Source: Promethearchaeota archaeon
Lineage (GTDB): Archaea; Asgardarchaeota; Heimdallarchaeia; Hodarchaeales; Hodarchaeaceae
NCBI GenBank assembly: GCA_048939725.1
Contig: JBHLPG010000001.1
Coordinates: forward strand, 31,782 to 95,781
DNA: 64,000 bases
Direction: 5' to 3'
In this document: positions 62,179 through 64,000 of the stretch, piece by piece
How positions within the stretch are numbered: position 1 is the first letter of the stretch
How the letters are laid out: the number at the start of each line of letters is the position of its first letter
Made by a program: the position numbers and the translations under genes
The notes under the pieces: generated by a model
What the model was told of the DNA's origin: nothing
Database searches by the model: none
The model's input: the letters and a program-made list of their open reading frames with translations, nothing else

Positions 62179-63942
62179 TCATTGGGCTTCCTCTTCAAGT
62201 TCCCCTCCACACTCTGGGCAAAAAACCATGCCCACAGAGCTCATTTCTTTAAAACAGTTTGTACAAACTTTTGCATCACAGGATAAGCAAGAGTACTTTG
62301 TGGAGTCATCTTGTGAAACTCCGCACACATTACAAAGGAACTCTTCTTTTTGTTTAGTTAAACTCAAAATCATTTTCCGAATATTAATAGAACCTTGAAT
62401 CGTTCCATGAAGAATATGATCTTCTAATAAGGATATCGTCTCACTATCTGACCGATTCAATACTTGAATTATTTCCTGAAGGGGTATTTCCACTTTAGGA
62501 GTTTCTCCAATGAATTTGAAGAGAACAGAATCCAATTCATGCTTTATTGGTTGTGGGGCCTCAAAATCTGTCCATCCTAGCTTCAATGGCCCCTTCTTAC
62601 AAAAATAACATTCCTCAGTATCAAGTAGATTGTAGGAATGAGTATAATTGACCATACAATGAGGGCAATGTCTGGGGAGATCAATGATAAAAGCTGAAAT
62701 GTTCCCACAAAAAGGACATACATGTGTACTCCCTGTGGATCGACAATTGGAGCACATAATGCGTCTACAGTTTTGACATTCAAAATACAACTGGGGATCT
62801 GTATAGGAAGAAGTATCTACCTGGCAAAAAATATCGAAGTGTTCTTTTCCTTTCACTAAAAATGGGTTAGCAGTTTCTCCCGCAGTTAATCGAAGACCAA
62901 AGAGTTTTACCAGTTTATGAAGCCGATTTAAGAGTTTTAACGGGTCTAAGTGTAATAATGAAGCAAGATCTTCGACTGCAATTCCATTTTCAAACCATTG
63001 TCTTAATGATGGGGCTTTGAATTCAAATTCATTCAATGTTCCCTTTAGACTTCGATTTAAGACTTGTAACATTTTGAGAAACTCATTCCTATCTATATCT
63101 AGTCGTTTTAGCCAGAAATCAATGGGAATTTCACGATAGACGAATAAATCTTTCAATACTTGATTTATTATGTCCATTGTGGAGTAAACATATTCATAAT
63201 TGCCTGAAAAGATGATTTTAAGTTTCTCTCGATTGTTTTTTAGTAAATCAAGACAATCTTCTCTTGATAATTGTGTCAGTTTACTTATGTCATTAAGTGA
63301 AACTTCTGATTCCAAGAGAAAACTTGTATTTATGTAGCGATTGAGTCTTTTAATATTTCTCTTTATATCCGAAGAGGAAGAAGAAAAGTTTAAATTAGTA
63401 AAATTATGTAATCGTTGAGTTATAGGATCAATGTATCCAATAAATTGACCATTTTGAGCCAAAAGCTCTAAAATACCTTCAAAATGATCTTCTGTCCAAT
63501 AAAGCTTATTTAAAATGAATTTTAAGTCTACAGATGTAGTATTGCTTAAGATTTGTTTAACTGCGGTTTTAGCTCCATGAAGCGTGAAGAATTTTCTGTT
63601 TATTCGATCAAAAAAACCATCAACGTTATGTACAACAATACCTATTTGAGTTTCTAACAATTCACCAGGTAAATTTGTTCTATCAATAATATCACAGATA
63701 TCTACGTATCCTTTTGCCAATTCACGATTTATATCTTGTTGGAGGAAAATTGTAGGAATATATTTCCCGTCATCGAAACTAACAAAGCCATCTAATTCCT
63801 TCGAACCAATTTTAGTCCTCAAGAATGATGCAATATCACTTATATTTTCTTTTGGTGCCATTTCACGTAGTTTAATAGGAGTCTTTGCCATTTGAGCTTC
63901 TGACAACCATTTTTGTCTCTTTCTCCCGAACATTATTCTCAC
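62179..63942 (-). CDS. hypothetical multi-winged-helix protein with nine CxxC pairs (several zinc ribbons / RING-like module)
   Basis: 587 aa. Repeated WH/PCI-like units (e.g. ILELLAQNGQFIGYIDPITQRL, LLEDHILHGTIQGSINIRKMIL). Cys cluster 1: CQNC-x4-CSNC-x8-CPFC-x13-CPHC-x15-CYFC. C-terminal cluster 2: CNVC-x10-CLSC-x4-CTNC-x11-CPEC. Confidence 0.6.
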   Translation of the reverse strand: MRIMFGRKRQKWLSEAQMAKTPIKLREMAPKENISDIASFLRTKIGSKELDGFVSFDDGKYIPTIFLQQDINRELAKGYVDICDIIDRTNLPGELLETQIGIVVHNVDGFFDRINRKFFTLHGAKTAVKQILSNTTSVDLKFILNKLYWTEDHFEGILELLAQNGQFIGYIDPITQRLHNFTNLNFSSSSSDIKRNIKRLNRYINTSFLLESEVSLNDISKLTQLSREDCLDLLKNNREKLKIIFSGNYEYVYSTMDIINQVLKDLFVYREIPIDFWLKRLDIDRNEFLKMLQVLNRSLKGTLNEFEFKAPSLRQWFENGIAVEDLASLLHLDPLKLLNRLHKLVKLFGLRLTAGETANPFLVKGKEHFDIFCQVDTSSYTDPQLYFECQNCRRIMCSNCRSTGSTHVCPFCGNISAFIIDLPRHCPHCMVNYTHSYNLLDTEECYFCKKGPLKLGWTDFEAPQPIKHELDSVLFKFIGETPKVEIPLQEIIQVLNRSDSETISLLEDHILHGTIQGSINIRKMILSLTKQKEEFLCNVCGVSQDDSTKYSCLSCDAKVCTNCFKEMSSVGMVFCPECGGELEEEAQ

Positions 63943-64000
63943 TCAAATCTCGTGCTGGAAGAATATAATGGCATGGAATAGTAGTCCTCTTATAGAAAAT

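Overview
AT-rich, densely coding archaeal chromosome segment with about 75 protein genes, 3 tRNA genes, and no rRNA, CRISPR array, transposase/integrase or recognisable defence island. Most genes are core information-processing genes. They include ribosomal proteins (uL3-uL4-uL23-uL2, eS24-eS27ae, eS8, eS27), TFB/TBP, TFS, Spt4, Rpo7, an Rpb8-like Rpo8, Nop5-fibrillarin, Gar1, Nop10, aIF2 alpha and beta, NMD3, Kae1-Bud32, PolB, GINS and EndA. Metabolic and membrane genes include H+-PPase, Ndk, UppS, a GT2 synthase, geranylgeranyl reductase, DHPS with a CofE-like ligase, Nnr, isolated A-ATPase B and D subunits, an archaeosortase and a prepilin peptidase. Several proteins look like eukaryotic-signature proteins: an EAP30/ESCRT-II-like double winged helix, a TRAP-beta-like protein, Get3 with the CxxC motif, an AN1 zinc finger and Rpb8-like Rpo8. 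From these I infer an Asgard-type archaeon, but this was not verified by any search. All three tRNA genes were found by eye. Two carry introns, and tRNA-Thr has two, one of them in the D-loop. TTG and GTG starts preceded by strong GGAGG/AGGTGA motifs are frequent, and two genes appear to need CTG or ATT starts. I found no clear-cut novel system. The best candidates for follow-up are: (i) an EAP30-like gene coupled to an SPFH gene, convergent with a 587-aa multi-winged-helix, multi-zinc-ribbon protein; (ii) an MglA-type GTPase with two Roadblock genes, a TPR protein and a prepilin peptidase; (iii) a divergent TRAP-beta-like/Get3 pair; (iv) several uncharacterised multi-winged-helix proteins. 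All functional calls rest on by-eye motif recognition, with no database search.
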